64,000 nt of DNA from Macrotis lagotis (GCF_037893015.1 NC_133661.1:187258809-187322808), one strand, 5' to 3'. Positions 32,784 through 44,641 are shown, counted from the first letter of the stretch. The notes: generated by a model from the letters alone, not told the origin. Numbers and translations: made by a program.

Positions 32784-33274
32784 GTGAGCCATGGGTATTG
32801 GAATGGAGGTGGGAATGGGTCAAGGGAGATTAGGAAGACTCATGAGATATTAGTGGCCTGCATTCCTTTCCCCATCCAAGCTAAATCCCAGCTTCTAATT
32901 ATAAACTTCTTCATTGCTCTTCAGCTTCATCTTCTTTTTTCTGAAATCCATCCTTCCAACATCTCAAGTCCTTCTCCTACCACTAATGTCCCTAAATATT
33001 AATCAAATGCCCCCTGCTTTCAGAACGATTATGCAGATCTAACTTCTCACTCAATGACTACTACTTTCTATTCTTACAACTGTCATCATCTAGAGTGAAT
33101 CTGTTGATGCCTGTGAGAAGCTTGATCTGATACTTGGTTCTTATCTTCTGGCCAGTTCTTCCTTATTCTTTTTAGTTGCTAGCCCTTGATCAATGAGAAA
33201 TCTATTTAGAACCCTGATTCTCACTTTTCCCTCAATCCTCTTGGGTATTATTGATCTTTTTTTGTGTGTTTTAG

Positions 33275-33433
33275 GTTTATCTCAGAACGGGGGATGTCAC
33301 ATCTCCTGGAACATGTGGGTCAAATGGATAAGATATTCAAGATCCCATCCCAGAGAGGGGAGGCAAAGACACTATCTGATAGGCCCTTAGAGGAGGGTGT
33401 ACCAGGCCCCCTGGCTACTACTCCCCAGCATAG
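33275..33433 (+). CDS. TEP1: TEP1 coding exon 16
   Basis: FISERGMSHLLEHVGQMDKIFKIPSQRGEAKTLSDRPLEEGVPGPLATTPQH ~ human FIAEHGASHLLEHVGQMDKIFKIPPPPGKTGVQSLRPLEEDTPSPLAPVSQQ. Confidence 0.9.
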
Positions 33434-33861
33434 GTGAGTCTGGGCATGATGAATTGGGAAAACTAAAGAGGTATATGAAAGAATCTTTGGAAGTGATACT
33501 TTTTCTCCACACAAAGAGTCTTGGCTCCTCAATTCAAGGTAGGAGTGAACCCCTTCTATATAAGGTCCAGGGATATGGATTCTATCAAGTCTCCTCCCTA
33601 TGCTATAAATCTCTGCTGAGAATTATAAGTCATAGAGAAAACAGTAAATACTGTGAGGGGCAGATGAGGTTTCCATCTTATGTTTCTAAAGCTAAGACAA
33701 TGGATAGGTGATACCCCAAAAAACTGTCCTCTGGTTTCTTTTATTTTCACTGACTGAGATTTCTGATCCAGGGTCCCTTCTGACTAAGGCAAGACTGGGG
33801 TCCTAGTGGGGTGTTCTCTCAGCTGAGTGATACTGAGCCCTGGGCCCTGCTTTGCCTCCAG

Positions 33862-34038
33862 CTGGCGCACTGTGCGTGTTTTCATCTCATCTACTTTCCG
33901 GGACATGCATGGGGAACGGGACCTGTTGCTACGCTCAGTGCTTCCTGTCCTGCAAGCTCGTGCAGCCCCTCACTATATCAATGTACGTGGCATTGACCTG
34001 CGCTGGGGAGTTACCGAGGAGGACACCCTAAAAGACAG
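33862..34038 (+). CDS. TEP1: TEP1 coding exon 17
   Basis: [59 protein letters not shown] ~ human [59 protein letters not shown]. Confidence 0.95.
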
Positions 34039-34485
34039 GTGTGTGCATTGGGGTAAGGGTATGGATAGTGATTTGATCTTGGAATGCCAGAAACGCATGG
34101 ACTGTTGATGAATTTTGGAGGAGACCTCCAAATTGGTAGACTTGGGTGGTGGGAGTCAAAGGATAAGGGCATGAAAGTTTTAGGGTGTTTTGTTTAAGGA
34201 GCTGCGCCATATAGATTTATGAGACCAAACAGGTGGAGGAGATGGAAGGTGTTGAAGAACTATGAATTCTGTTAACTATATTATCTATTATATAACTTAA
34301 GAGTTGTCATCCCTCAATTAGTTCTCTTCTTATCTCATTTTTTTCTTCCCTATAACTGATAGTTCTTGCTCCAAATCTATCATTGAACACTGTTATTCCC
34401 ACATAGTAATTTCTTTCTCTTCCCCCCCAACCCAGTAATATTCCTTAATTTCCATAATTCTTCTCTCTCCCTTTTTTATCTATAG

Positions 34486-34606
34486 ACAATTGGAACTGTG
34501 CTTAGGAGAAGTGGAAAACTCACAACTCTTTGTGGCAATCCTGGGGTCCCGCTATGGCTATATTCCTCCCAACTATAACCTCCCTGACCATCCACACTTT
34601 CATTGG
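34486..34606 (+). CDS. TEP1: TEP1 coding exon 18
   Basis: [41 protein letters not shown] ~ human [41 protein letters not shown]. Donor TGG|GTGAGG. Confidence 0.95.
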
Positions 34607-34709
34607 GTGAGGGAACTGGAAGAAGGGAAAGACATGTGGAAGGGACCAAAAATATGGGACCTGGGGCAAGGAGGGAGGGGTCAGATTTTGCTGGACTCAT
34701 TATTTCACA

Positions 34710-34880
34710 GATTGAGAGTCAAAAGGGACTACCAAGGTTCCTTTTTACAGATTAGGAAATGGAGATGAGATGATTTTTAAGTGACTTGCCCAAGGTTATT
34801 CATGTTGTAAGTATCAGTCTGAACTTGAACCCAGGTCTTCTACTCTTGAGACTCAGTACTCTGCCATTATACTTTGTTCC
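34710..34880 (-). mobile_element. MIR/THER-like SINE
   Basis: ...TTACAGATTAGGAAATGGAGATGAGATGATTTTTAAGTGACTTGCCCAAGGTTATTCATGTTGTAAGTATCAGTCTGAACTTGAACCCAGGTCTTCTACTCTTGAGACTCAGTACTCTGCC. Confidence 0.55.
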
Positions 34881-35124
34881 ATGAAACTAAGATGAAGAGC
34901 ATATTTGGGAAGGGAGGGACATGTTAGAATGGGAGTTGCCTTTTAAGAATTTTTTGTCAACTGGCTGGACAAGGTTTAATTCAGGAGGGGAGAGTCTTAT
35001 TGCCTTTTTCCCCCCTTAGGCTCTATAAAGAAAGATTAATCAAAGTATATGGGAACCTTCTAGATTCTAGAAAGGAAGGTATTCCTTAACATAGGATGAA
35101 GTCTTCTCTCTTCCCATCTCCCAG

Positions 35125-35249
35125 GTGAAGGATTATCCACCTGGCCGTTCTGTGACTGAGATGGAGGTGATGCAATTTTTAAGTAGAGGTTCTCGCCACC
35201 AATGTTCCTCCCCAGCCCTCATCTACCTGAGAAACTCCAGCTTTCTCAG
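35125..35249 (+). CDS. TEP1: TEP1 coding exon 19
   Basis: [41 protein letters not shown] ~ human [41 protein letters not shown]. Confidence 0.9.
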
Positions 35250-35583
35250 GTACCTTGTCTGCTTCCCACAGGACTCAGTTTCCCAGCAACCCTAAACCTT
35301 GATCATTGGGTCCTGTTCCTGCCCTCCCCACCCACAGTGTTACCTTGAGTTTTCGACCTGATTCCCTTCTGATCACCCCATATCCTTCCTGACTGTGAGA
35401 TTAGAATAAGGAACAGAAGGACATTAAGAGCCCATGGCTTTTTCTTGTAGACCCAGCATAGCCTTGGATTAGTAGACAGCATATTTCAAAGTTTAGTGGG
35501 GTTCTGTGGGATCTCCATCCTTTCTGATAAGAAGTTGGGTTCTAGTCTTACAATTTGGGGTGATCATGTCTCTGGTTGTCCAG

Positions 35584-35697
35584 CTTTGTGCCAGAAGAGT
35601 GGAAGGCTGACTTTGTCTCTGAGTCAGAAGAGGCTGCAGAACGACTCTCAGAACTGAAGAGCTATCTGGACATACAGAAAGATGTCACCTGCCACAA
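35584..35697 (+). CDS. TEP1: TEP1 coding exon 20
   Basis: [38 protein letters not shown] ~ human [38 protein letters not shown]. Donor AA|GTAAGG. Confidence 0.9.
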
Positions 35698-35824
35698 GTA
35701 AGGTGGAGGTGGAGGCAGCAACTGCTTTGGATTGGGGGAGTGGGGAGTAGAGAAGATGTGTCATATGGATGGCATGAAAAAAGGTTGGGAATTGGACTCT
35801 GAGTGGTGTTCTTTTTGCTTCTAG

Positions 35825-35942
35825 TTACTACTGTGCTTGGGGTGGGGTGGCTGCAGGCCGACCATATGTGAAGAGACTGGAAGATTTTGGGCAGATGGTG
35901 TTAGAGCATGTGTGGGAGTTACTCCAGAGACTCTATATACAG
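35825..35942 (+). CDS. TEP1: TEP1 coding exon 21
   Basis: [39 protein letters not shown] ~ human [39 protein letters not shown]. Confidence 0.9.
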
Positions 35943-36139
35943 GTCAGTGCCGATCACTGGGAGGGAGTTAGGAGGTAGAACTGAGAGAACAAACAGTATA
36001 TACATGGGGGTATTGGAGAGGTTAATAGCAGGTAATTGGTTGGTTGAGGCAGGGGAGCCATAGAACAGATGCCAGACTATAGGGATGGAAGACAGCAATG
36101 CCCTTCACCCTGAGATTCTCTTCTCCACGTGCATCCTAG

Positions 36140-36334
36140 CCGGTATCAAGTCTGGAAGAGACTGAATCCATTCCAGATGATGACGCTGTACAGTCAGCCT
36201 TTCAGCAACAACAATGTCCACCCAGTTCAGCCCGGCCCAGTCTCCTGAAGGACACTGTCCAGCATCTACGGCAACGCAGTGGTGGTCTGTGCCTAGTGAC
36301 TGGGGAGCCTGGACAGGGCAAGACAACCTTCCTG
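36140..36334 (+). CDS. TEP1: TEP1 coding exon 22 (NACHT Walker A / P-loop)
   Basis: PVSSLEETESIPDDDAVQSAFQQQQCPPSSARPSLLKDTVQHLRQRSGGLCLVTGEPGQGKTTFL ~ human ...QPVSIPDDDLVQATFQQLQKPPSPARPRLLQDTVQQL...LSLVTGQSGQGKTAFL. The GxxxxGKT motif is the P-loop. Confidence 0.9.
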
Positions 36335-36465
36335 GTACAGGCAGGGTTGAGGATGGGTGGAAGGAGGGTAAAGGGAGTTACGTATGGTGGAGCAAGAGAA
36401 TGGAAGGAAGCAAGAGTCTTGAAGATACGTCTTTAGCTACAGCTTCTCCTCTCCTGCCTCCACAG

Positions 36466-36641
36466 TCATCCCTAGTATCAGCCTTACAGGCTCCCTGTGA
36501 GGTCACCACAGGCTCCCAAGTATTTTTCCATTTCACTGGAGCCCGTCCTGATCAAAGCTATGTCCTCACCTTGCTCAGACGCCTCTGTATTTACCTGCAT
36601 CATCAGCTTCAGTGTTCCAGGCCTTGCCCAACTACCTACAG
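36466..36641 (+). CDS. TEP1: TEP1 coding exon 23 (NACHT)
   Basis: SSLVSALQAPCEVTTGSQVFFHFTGARPDQSYVLTLLRRLCIYLHHQLQ...PTTY ~ human ASLVSALQAPDGAKVAPLVFFHFSGARPDQGLALTLLRRLCTYLRGQLK...PSTY. Confidence 0.9.
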
Positions 36642-36664
36642 GTAAGCATCCCTTTTAAGCATTT

Positions 36665-36860
36665 CTCCACCCTCTTGTACTATTAGGATCACAGATTGAG
36701 AGCTAAAGAGAATATTAGAGGTTATTCAACCCTTCATTATGTGGATGAGGAAATCAAGGTACCAGGATACTAAATGACTTGCTCTATATAGCACAAGTAG
36801 TAATTGGCATCACTGGGAATTGAACCCAAGTTCAGGATTGTTTCCCCCTCCAGATTAGAG
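36665..36860 (-). mobile_element. MIR/THER-like SINE
   Basis: ...TTATGTGGATGAGGAAATCAAGGTACCAGGATACTAAATGACTTGCTCTATATAGCACAAGTAGTAATTGGCATCACTGGGAATTGAACCCAAGTTCAGGATTG... Confidence 0.55.
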
Positions 36861-36928
36861 GCTATGCTGCCATCTCTCCCTGCTCACTGCACTTAGCTAT
36901 CTCTGATGTCTTCTCTCTCCACATGCAG

Positions 36929-37082
36929 GGGACTGGTGTGGGAGCTACAGACCCTACTTCCCAAATCTGCTCAGTACTTACGCTCTGGTCAGACTCTAGT
37001 GCTGGTCATTGATGGAGCTGACCAACTAGGGGATGAAAGTGGTCAACTGATCTTAGATTGGATCCCAAAGACCCTTCCTCAG
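36929..37082 (+). CDS. TEP1: TEP1 coding exon 24 (NACHT Walker B region)
   Basis: RGLVWELQTLLPKSAQYLRSGQTLVLVIDGADQLGDESGQLILDWIPKTLPQ ~ human RSLVWELQQRLLPKSAESLHPGQTQVLIIDGADRLVDQNGQLISDWIPKKLPR. The hhhhDGAD stretch is the Walker B. Confidence 0.9.
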
Positions 37083-37194
37083 GTACATGCTGGGGGACAG
37101 GGAAGTTAACAAATGAAATACAAAGAGAATTTTGAATGATTTTGGGGTGCAAGGACCATCTACCACCTCACTTTTTTTCTCTCATCTCCTAAAG

Positions 37195-37374
37195 AAAGTA
37201 CACCTAGTCATGAGTATGTCAGCAAAGACAGGGTTGAGGGATATCCTTCAACATCGAGAAGATACTCACGTGGTGGCCCTAAAACCCCTGGAACCAAAAG
37301 CACGAGCCCAGTTGGTGAGACAGGAGCTGGCCCTGTATGGAAAGCGGCTGGAGGAGACACCCTTTAACAATCAG
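37195..37374 (+). CDS. TEP1: TEP1 coding exon 25
   Basis: KVHLVMSMSAKTGLRDILQHREDTHVVALKPLEPKARAQLVRQELALYGKRLEETPFNNQ ~ human CVHLVLSVSSDAGLGETLEQSQGAHVLALGPLEASARARLVREELALYGKRLEESPFNNQ. Donor CAG|GTTGGG. Confidence 0.9.
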
Positions 37375-39004
37375 GTTGGGAGCAGGGAGCCCTTGGAGTG
37401 ATGGGATGAATGCAAAGTATAAGAGTGAGGCCATGTGTATATAATGACAGATTTTGAGGACTGGAACTACATTGACTTTTTTTTTTGTAGGAATTCAGGC
37501 TTAAATAAGTGTTCTTGTCAGGTAAGAAATCATTGAAAGGGAAAAATTGAAAACATTACCCCTGTCCATATCATTTTCTGCATTTTTGTTGCAGTTACTC
37601 TAAAAATAAGTTATTTTGTGACAAACTAACCATCTTACCCTAGTGAAGAAAGAAACTGATAGTGCACAGAATTTTTATTTCCAAATAGGCTTTATAGATG
37701 GATATTTGGGAGCTATGTTGATAGGATCAGAGTCCTATGCTTCTTCTGGTTTTCTCTTTTGGATAGTACAGGGGCCTATTGTCTCTAAACAGTTAATAGT
37801 ATGGAGGCCTCCAGGTTGCTCATTTGGGTTGCTGCACCAAAGAGGATTTCCCTTTTTGTACTCAAAGGGTTCAATCTATGATGTGTCAGTAAAGTTTCAG
37901 TTTTTGGTTCTTCAGGATTCTGGGGCAGTAACTGACTGAATGGGATCACAGGCACTGTATTAAAAGACTTCTTTCTTAACTCTACACAGCATGTGGAACT
38001 CTTATTTAAAGAAACTAGAGTGTTAGAAAAGAAGCTACATTAGGAATGAGATGAGCATTGCCCTAATTTTGAGAAACATCAGTTTCAGGGTAGAAATCAT
38101 AAAATAGTGGCAGGTTAAAAACTTGTATAGATAAGCAGGAGGTTTTCAAAAACCTTAATATTAATGCCTAACACATTACCTTCATGAATTTTCTTATTTC
38201 TAAGTAAACTTGATTGCTATCAAGGGAAACAGTCCAGAGTGAGACATGTTCTTGGTGAAAGTTAGTTGGTCAACAAGCATTTATGAATCATCAACTATGA
38301 GTCAGGTACTCAATCAATAAGCATTTATTAAATGCCTACTGTGTGAGAAAGTCAAGACAGTCCCTGCCCAAAATGCATACAGTCTAGTGGGAGACACAAC
38401 TTGTAAACAACTAGGTATCAGCCAACTATAGACAGGAGATATTGAAACAAAGGCATCAGCATTAGCAGGAATTAGAAAAGGCTTCTTATAGAAGGTGGGA
38501 TTTTTTTCTGGGCCTTGAAGGAATCTAAGGAAGGAAGGGGCTACAGTTTTTCATCAGTGCATGTTTTAGTCAGCAGTGTCAGTTTGTTAAAAAGGGTAAC
38601 ACTTGTAGTTTTAGAAATCCTAAATAGCAAACTAAGGAGAAGGAGCATAATCACACCAGATCAAAAATAACAGTATGTATTCCCTAACAAAAGGACAAAA
38701 GGTTACTTCAGCTCAATCACTTTGTCTCAGGTTTCCATAGGATAACAGTCATTATTTTGATCCTGTGTCCCAATGGGCAAGATTTTCAGGCCATAGATAA
38801 GATGCTGGACAGTCTTGTGTGATATGGCAGTGAGATGGTCCATTGTTTAAGACCCTGGAAACAGAAGCTGAAGGGAGAGATCTCAGCTTGTGTGGGGAGT
38901 CTGCTTTGGAGTGGAAGGGGTGTGGAAAGAGCAGAATTTAGGATGACCAGGAAAAGTGAGAGGTCTTGGTCCTTCCTCCTCAATGTCCACCCATGTCTCT
39001 CCAG

Positions 39005-39097
39005 ATGCAACTGTTGCTGGTAAAGCGAGGGTCAGGTCTACCTTTTTATTTGCACTTGGCCACTGATCACCTTCGTCTCTTCACGCTGTATGAGCAG
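39005..39097 (+). CDS. TEP1: TEP1 coding exon 26
   Basis: MQLLLVKRGSGLPFYLHLATDHLRLFTLYEQ ~ human MRLLLVKRESGRPLYLRLVTDHLRLFTLYEQ. Donor CAG|GTCAGG. Confidence 0.95.
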
Positions 39098-39404
39098 GTC
39101 AGGTGGGGAGTTAACTCCCTTTTCCTCTGTCTTCCATTTCCATGACCATTCGTTTCCCTTCACTCCACAACTAGTAGTCCATTCCCATGTTCTGATTTTT
39201 ATTCCCTCATTCCCAGTCATTCATTCACCCTATTTCCTTAACCCATTCCCTCCCCTCTCCCTGAACCCTCCCCTCTCATTCCCTTATGTCCCTATCCTAT
39301 TTCTATATCCTTTATGTTTCCCATATCTTCTTCCCCTCTCTGGTCCTTCCTGTATCACCTATATCATGTTAACATCTATTTTCTGACCCTGGATTCTTTC
39401 CCAG

Positions 39405-39537
39405 ATGTCTGAGCAACTTCGGACATTACCAGCAACTGTGCCCTTGCTACTGCAGCACATCCTAGGTGTCTTGGAGCAGGAGCATGGCTCTGACATTTTG
39501 CCTCTTGCCTTAGCTGCCCTCCATGTCACTCGCAGTG
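39405..39537 (+). CDS. TEP1: TEP1 coding exon 27
   Basis: MSEQLRTLPATVPLLLQHILGVLEQEHGSDILPLALAALHVTRS ~ human VSERLRTLPATVPLLLQHILSTLEKEHGPDVLPQALTALEVTRS. Confidence 0.95.
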
Positions 39538-39876
39538 GTCAGTGATCAGGGTCAGAAGGAAAAAGGGAGGCACTTGGGAGAAGGGTGGTTTGGGGTTACA
39601 ACTGTGGCTGTCTTAGGAGCTCTGAGAGGATTGCTAAGAATTAAGTGACCATGGTGTAGTTGGGGCCAGGGGAGGAATGAGATTAGGGTGAAGTTTGAAA
39701 TAGGGGTGGTCTCCCTGTGGAATGTGGGAAGGGTTCTCTTTTTTTTAGGGTTGGTGAGAGAATTGAGGCATACTAGGACTTGGTAATGGATGAATGGAGA
39801 CATTGTGGGATTTAGTAAAGGACTTATGGCATACTATGGCAATGGTAAAGATACTCAAGATAACACTCAATTGCAG

Positions 39877-40027
39877 GTCTAACACTGGACCAACTTCATG
39901 GGGTGATAAGTACATGGCAGACACTCCCCTTGGAGACTGTGAGTTGGGCAGAAGCTATGGATGCTAGAAACAAAGGAGACCCCTATCCTATGGGTCCCTT
40001 TACGTACCTTGTCCAGAGTCTACGCAG
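39877..40027 (+). CDS. TEP1: TEP1 coding exon 28
   Basis: GLTLDQLHGVISTWQTLPLETVSWAEAMDARNKGDPYPMGPFTYLVQSLR ~ human GLTVDQLHGVLSVWRTLPKGTKSWEEAVAAGNSGDPYPMGPFACLVQSLR. Donor CAG|GTAACG. Confidence 0.9.
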
Positions 40028-40252
40028 GTAACGGGTGCCCTTACCAACTTAGATGCTGCCTATTCTTAATCCTGTGTTCTTCCCATTTAACAGCTCACCT
40101 GCAAACCTCTATGAATTTAGTCCCAAACTCTTCAGGGCAGGATGAAACCCATTTTATATAACATTCCTCCAGTGTGGGGTGGAGTAGGTATGCTGGGGCT
40201 TAGTCAAAATCTTCATTGCTCTTTTTCTTCCTCAACACTTTGCTATGGTTAG

Positions 40253-40386
40253 CTTGCTGGGAGAGGGGTCCCTGGAACGTCCTGGAGCCCGACTGCGCCT
40301 CCCTCCTGGACCCCTAAATTTAGCAGCTGAAATGCGCTACAGGAAAAGACCCAGACTGAAGACTACAGCACATGTCCTTATTGCAG
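40253..40386 (+). CDS. TEP1: TEP1 coding exon 29
   Basis: SLLGEGSLERPGARLRLPPGPLNLAAEMRYRKRPRLKTTAHVLIA ~ human SLLGEGPLERPGARLCLPDGPLRTAAKRCYGKRPGLEDTAHILIA. Confidence 0.95.
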
Positions 40387-40647
40387 GTGATGAGAATGGA
40401 GTGCTGAATGAGGGTGATCTTTACCTGATCTTAAGAAAATCCTATACCCCATAGGGCCTCAGATCAAATCCCCTTCTTTCCAGTATCTGAGTGGGTGAAC
40501 TATGGATTTCTTATGTCCCAAGGGAAAGGTGACTAGGGGATGCTAAGGAGCTCAGTATCCAGTGTAATAAGAAACAGTGTCAGGAGCTGCTTTCTTATTC
40601 CTGTTCTTTCTCACTTCCTGGATATTCCCACCATCTATTCCCTACAG

Positions 40648-40736
40648 TTCAGCTCTGGAAGATGTGTGACCCCGATGCCCTGGGTACCTTCCATAATTGC
40701 CACCTAGAGGCCCTGAATGATCTGCCCTACCACCTG
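40648..40736 (+). CDS. TEP1: TEP1 coding exon 30
   Basis: (V)QLWKMCDPDALGTFHNCHLEALNDLPYHL ~ human AQLWKTCDADASGTFRSCPPEALGDLPYHL. Donor CTG|GTAAAG. Confidence 0.9.
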
Positions 40737-40957
40737 GTAAAGACATTTCTCCACCTTCAAAGACCTTCTCTAAATCCCTAGGATACTCCAAAACACTAAA
40801 TTCCCCACTCATCCTACTTTTTCTCTCTATTTATTCCCCTGTGAGTTCACCATCCTGACTACTTTTCTTGGACCAAGTTCTCCTTTGAGTAAATATTGTT
40901 CTTTGTTATCATATCCACTGGTACTTTCTAACCTTGATCTTGATTGACATTCCCCAG

Positions 40958-41072
40958 GTACAGAGTGGGAACCGGTCCCTGCTTGCTTCCCTGCTTACCA
41001 ACCTCAATGTTATGACTGCCTACCTAGAACTTGGCTTGCTCTCCCAGCTGATGGAGGCCCATGCCCTATATG
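40958..41072 (+). CDS. TEP1: TEP1 coding exon 31
   Basis: VQSGNRSLLASLLTNLNVMTAYLELGLLSQLMEAHALY ~ human LQSGNRGLLSKFLTNLHVVAAHLELGLVSRLLEAHALY. Donor ATG|GTATGT. Confidence 0.9.
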
Positions 41073-41117
41073 GTATGTTAAGCATGATTTCTTTCTATAA
41101 GAGTGTCCAAAACTAGT

Positions 41118-41134
41118 AACCCCCCCCCCCCCAA
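41118..41134. repeat. Poly-C homopolymer (~C13)
   Basis: TAACCCCCCCCCCCCCAAGA. A second C-tract lies at ~41213-41228. Confidence 0.9.
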
Positions 41135-41594
41135 GATATAAAAGAAGGTCAGATCTCTTCCACCTCAGAAGAATCATTAGATTGGGAGCTCCTTGAGGGA
41201 AGATTCTATCTTTACCCCCCCCCCCCACCTTCCCTTTCACTCTCCTGGGTTTTTTTTAATCCCTAGATCTTAGAACAGTACCTTGTATATCATAGATGGA
41301 TGCTTGGCAAATGTTTATTTATTGATACGTTGACTATTGAATAGGGAGGGGTCTAGTCTTGGGAATGCTGCTGGAATACAATAAGCACTAGGAAGGTCCT
41401 GTAGGGTTATTCCATGGAAAAAACTCAAGGCCACTACAAGGCCTTTTCAAGAAGCTTTTACACCCTGTTTCCTTTTTTGTTATACTTGGTAGTCTAGACC
41501 TGCTGCCTTTTTCTTTGGTTCGGAATATGCTGGAGCCAGGTAGCAAATGTCTAATGGAGGCTTGTTCCCTTGACTTTCCTTTCCCTTTACCTAG

Positions 41595-41835
41595 AATCTT
41601 CAGTTTCTGTGATTGAACAAACACCCTCTGAGCCTGATGTTGCCAAATTCTACACATTTCTGAAGCAGCAATACAAACTCCTCACACAGTACCCAGCCCT
41701 CCTGGCCCAGCAGGCAGCCAACCAGCCCTCCGATTCACTTGTTTGCCACCAGGTTGCAAAGCTTGCCCAGCGATGGTCCTTCCAGCCCATCTTGCACTGG
41801 CTCAACAAGCCCCAGACCATGGGAGCTCAGCAAAG
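41595..41835 (+). CDS. TEP1: TEP1 coding exon 32
   Basis: ESSVSVIEQTPSEPDVAKFYTFLKQQYKLLTQYPALLAQQAANQPSDSLVCHQVAKLAQRWSFQPILHWLNKPQTMGAQQ ~ human ...KLPEADVAVFRTFLRQQASILSQYPRLLPQQAANQPLDSPLCHQASLLSRRWHLQHTLRWLNKPRTMKNQQ. Confidence 0.9.
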
Positions 41836-43137
41836 GTGAATCTAATCTCTGAATTTTCCCTGGCAGACTAGTTATATCCAAATCAGACCTGGGAGAGTGG
41901 GATCCATCCAGAATTAGAGGAAACCTTGGTGGAAGATGGGGGTGGTGGTGCAGGAAAAACAGAGACTAGGGTGCTGGATGGGACACAACTAAGGTCACAG
42001 AGTTGATGATAAAGAAGGGATTCAGGACAGCCAACAGGATCTCCTCCAGATCTAGAAGGAGAGACAGTGTCACAGTAGAGAATTGATTCACTGAAGAAAT
42101 GGCACATGAGGGAATCCTGCTAGCTCAGAGATTCCAGAGTGCTCCAAATAGTGAATACAGAGTGTGGATTTGGAACAAACCACAGATCACTGAAAAAAAG
42201 GAGAATGAACTCCCTGAGGACAGGGACCACTTTGTTCTTATACCTCTAGAGTCTTTGCAAGTATGCCCAGTATGTACTTCTTGTTAGAAACAACAGGCTT
42301 TTACTGAGACTTTACTCTGTTCCATGTGTTATGGTTACAAAATAAAACAAAATCAGTTGGCTTCCTTCTCCCCAAACCTTCAAGGAACTCACGTCCTCAT
42401 GGGGCCATCTTCTGTTAAATAAATAGGTTCATGCATTAAAACTCATACTATTAACTTTATCATCTTATTTGATCTTCAATGACATCAATGTGGATGCTCA
42501 TGTTCTAGGGATGTATTGGAAAGTGAGGACTTGAGTTAGGGACTGGAGTCTGTTACAACAGTGGGAATAGATGAGCGGGTGAAGATAATGGTGACTAAGA
42601 TCTTAAAAAGGGACTGGCATAGCCAGAGGCCTTAGAATTCTAATGAAGATTCAAGAAGAGTTGGTAGTGGTTTTGGGTAAGTAGGAAAAGCTTTAGACTC
42701 TGCCTCATCCCTTAAATCTGGGGGGATAGTAAAGAGAAAGTGATGGGAGTCTTGTAAGTGATGCAGTAGATGGAAGAGGTGAAAACCAGGAAGAATGACC
42801 CTCAGAGAGGGTTATGGAATGACAAAAGATAATAGATAAGGGAAAAAATAAGGCAAATTTCAGTTTTTGAGGAGAAAAAGGTATGATAGTTATATTTCTA
42901 TATCTATATGTCTACATATTGATACATATTTGACATTCTGTTCACTATTTCCCTCCCCCTCCCCATTTCCCTCTTTGTTTTTTCTTCTCATCTGTCTGTT
43001 CTCCTTCCCCATCTTTCATTGCCTTCTCCCTCATTACCCTCCTACCTATCTCCTTCTCTCATTTCCTTCCTCTCTCCCTTTTTTCCCTCTTCCTTCATGC
43101 TTCCCTTCTTCCTCCTTCTCTCATACTTTCTTTATAG

Positions 43138-43261
43138 TTGCAGCCTGTCTTTGGTACCTCCCTCGACTCCTACAGCTGTGTGTTTTTCCCCCAATGGACA
43201 GTGGGCAGTTGTGGCTACTGCCAATGGGATTGTTCATCTGTTGGATACATGTACCTGGCAG
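43138..43261 (+). CDS. TEP1: TEP1 coding exon 33 (first WD40 repeat region)
   Basis: SCSLSLVPPSTPTAVCFSPNGQWAVVATANGIVHLLDTCTWQ ~ human SSSLSLAVSSSPTAVAFSTNGQRAAVGTANGTVYLLDLRTWQ. Donor CAG|GTAGGA. Confidence 0.9.
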
Positions 43262-43461
43262 GTAGGAGAACTATGGAAGGAAGGAGTGAAGAAGTTGAAG
43301 GAATAGCAAGAGTCCTTCAGAATGGCACCACAGGCTACTCTTATAGACCAAGTGACAAGCAAATTCATCTTGAGAAGGCTTTTCATCCCTAGAATCCTGA
43401 GAGTGAAGGGATAAGGGCTTCTTTGAATAATTCATCAATCAGTGAAAGTGACTGAAAAAGG

Positions 43462-43625
43462 GGGCAGCTAGGTGGCAGAGTGGATAAAGCACCAGCCTTG
43501 GAGTCAGGAGTACCTGGGTTCAAATCCGGTCTCAGACACTTAATAATTACCTAGCTGTGTGGCCTTGGGCAAGCCACTTAACCCTATTTGCCTTGCAAAA
43601 ACCAAAAAAAAAAAAAAAAAAAAAG
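43462..43625 (+). mobile_element. Marsupial SINE
   Basis: GGGGGCAGCTAGGTGGCAGAGTGGATAAAGCACCAGCCTTGGAGTCAGGAGTACCTGGGTTCAAATCCGGTCTCAGACACTTAATAATTACCTAGCTGTGTGGCCTTGGGCAAGCCACTTAACCC...(A)n. Confidence 0.85.
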
Positions 43626-44516
43626 TGACTGAGAAAGTGAAAAATAAATGTTAGCTATTCCAAGGCTGTGGAGAGATTGAAAGGAAAATAAGATTTCAAG
43701 GCATTATGAAGGATAGTATTGGACCATAAAAAAGAAGACTAGTGCTATATGCCAATACAGCAAAGATGTGTGAATTTTGGTACTGTGTGGATATTCCTTT
43801 TACTGATAAAGATGACGACTATGTGCTTCTTAAAATACATTTTGATTGATGTCCTTTCCTTTTTTAGATTCCCTAACACTTCCTTATGAATTCTCTATTT
43901 TTGCAACACCCACACTCCTCTACCTTTCCACACTCCATAGTGTCAAGTCAAATAGAACCCTGTAAATAGTCTTCCTGAGTTGCTTATATTGTTCTGAGAC
44001 CAGCCTTTTGGTGAGACCTACTTCAAACTTAGCTAGACTGGTCCTTAGAGGATTCAAATTCATTAAAATAGACATTTATCAAGTACCTATTATATTCCAG
44101 GCATTTATAACTCTCAGTGGGTCCCTATTTGAAGTTCTAGTATGTTAGAATCTGCCTGGGTAGATATGACCATGACATGTTGATTGACAGTGAGTGAATC
44201 TGACTGGGTGGTATGGTGGAGTACACATGAATAGGAGAAGAAGGTAGATAGATCCCAAGTTCCTGGTTCAGGGTTTTTCATGGTCACTTTCTTTTAAGAG
44301 AAGACCCAAGATCCTTGGAAAGAGGAGTGACCTAGAAGTGGGCTGAGTATCCTTTTGTCAGGACAGTCATCTGAATATAGAGGAGCTAGGTACCCTGGCA
44401 TAGGAAGATACAGATAGTTAGGATGTTTTCTCATATAGCTTTTTTGGTTAGAATCAGAAGTCAGGAACATCAGAGAATGAGAGTATGAGGTAAACTGAGT
44501 TTTGGTGTATCTACAG

Positions 44517-44641
44517 GAGGAGAAGTCCATAGTGAGTGGCTGTGATGGAATTTCTTCTTGTCAGTGCCCCTCGAATACCACTTTCTTCCTTGCAGCCTTG
44601 GATGGATCTTTGGAGCTCTGGGACTTCCAGATTGGTTGGCG
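44517..44641 (+). CDS. TEP1: TEP1 coding exon 34 (WD40)
   Basis: EEKSIVSGCDGISSCQCPSNTTFFLAALDGSLELWDFQIGW ~ human EEKSVVSGCDGISACLFLSDDTLFLTAFDGLLELWDLQHGC. Donor CG|GTAAGC. Confidence 0.9.
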
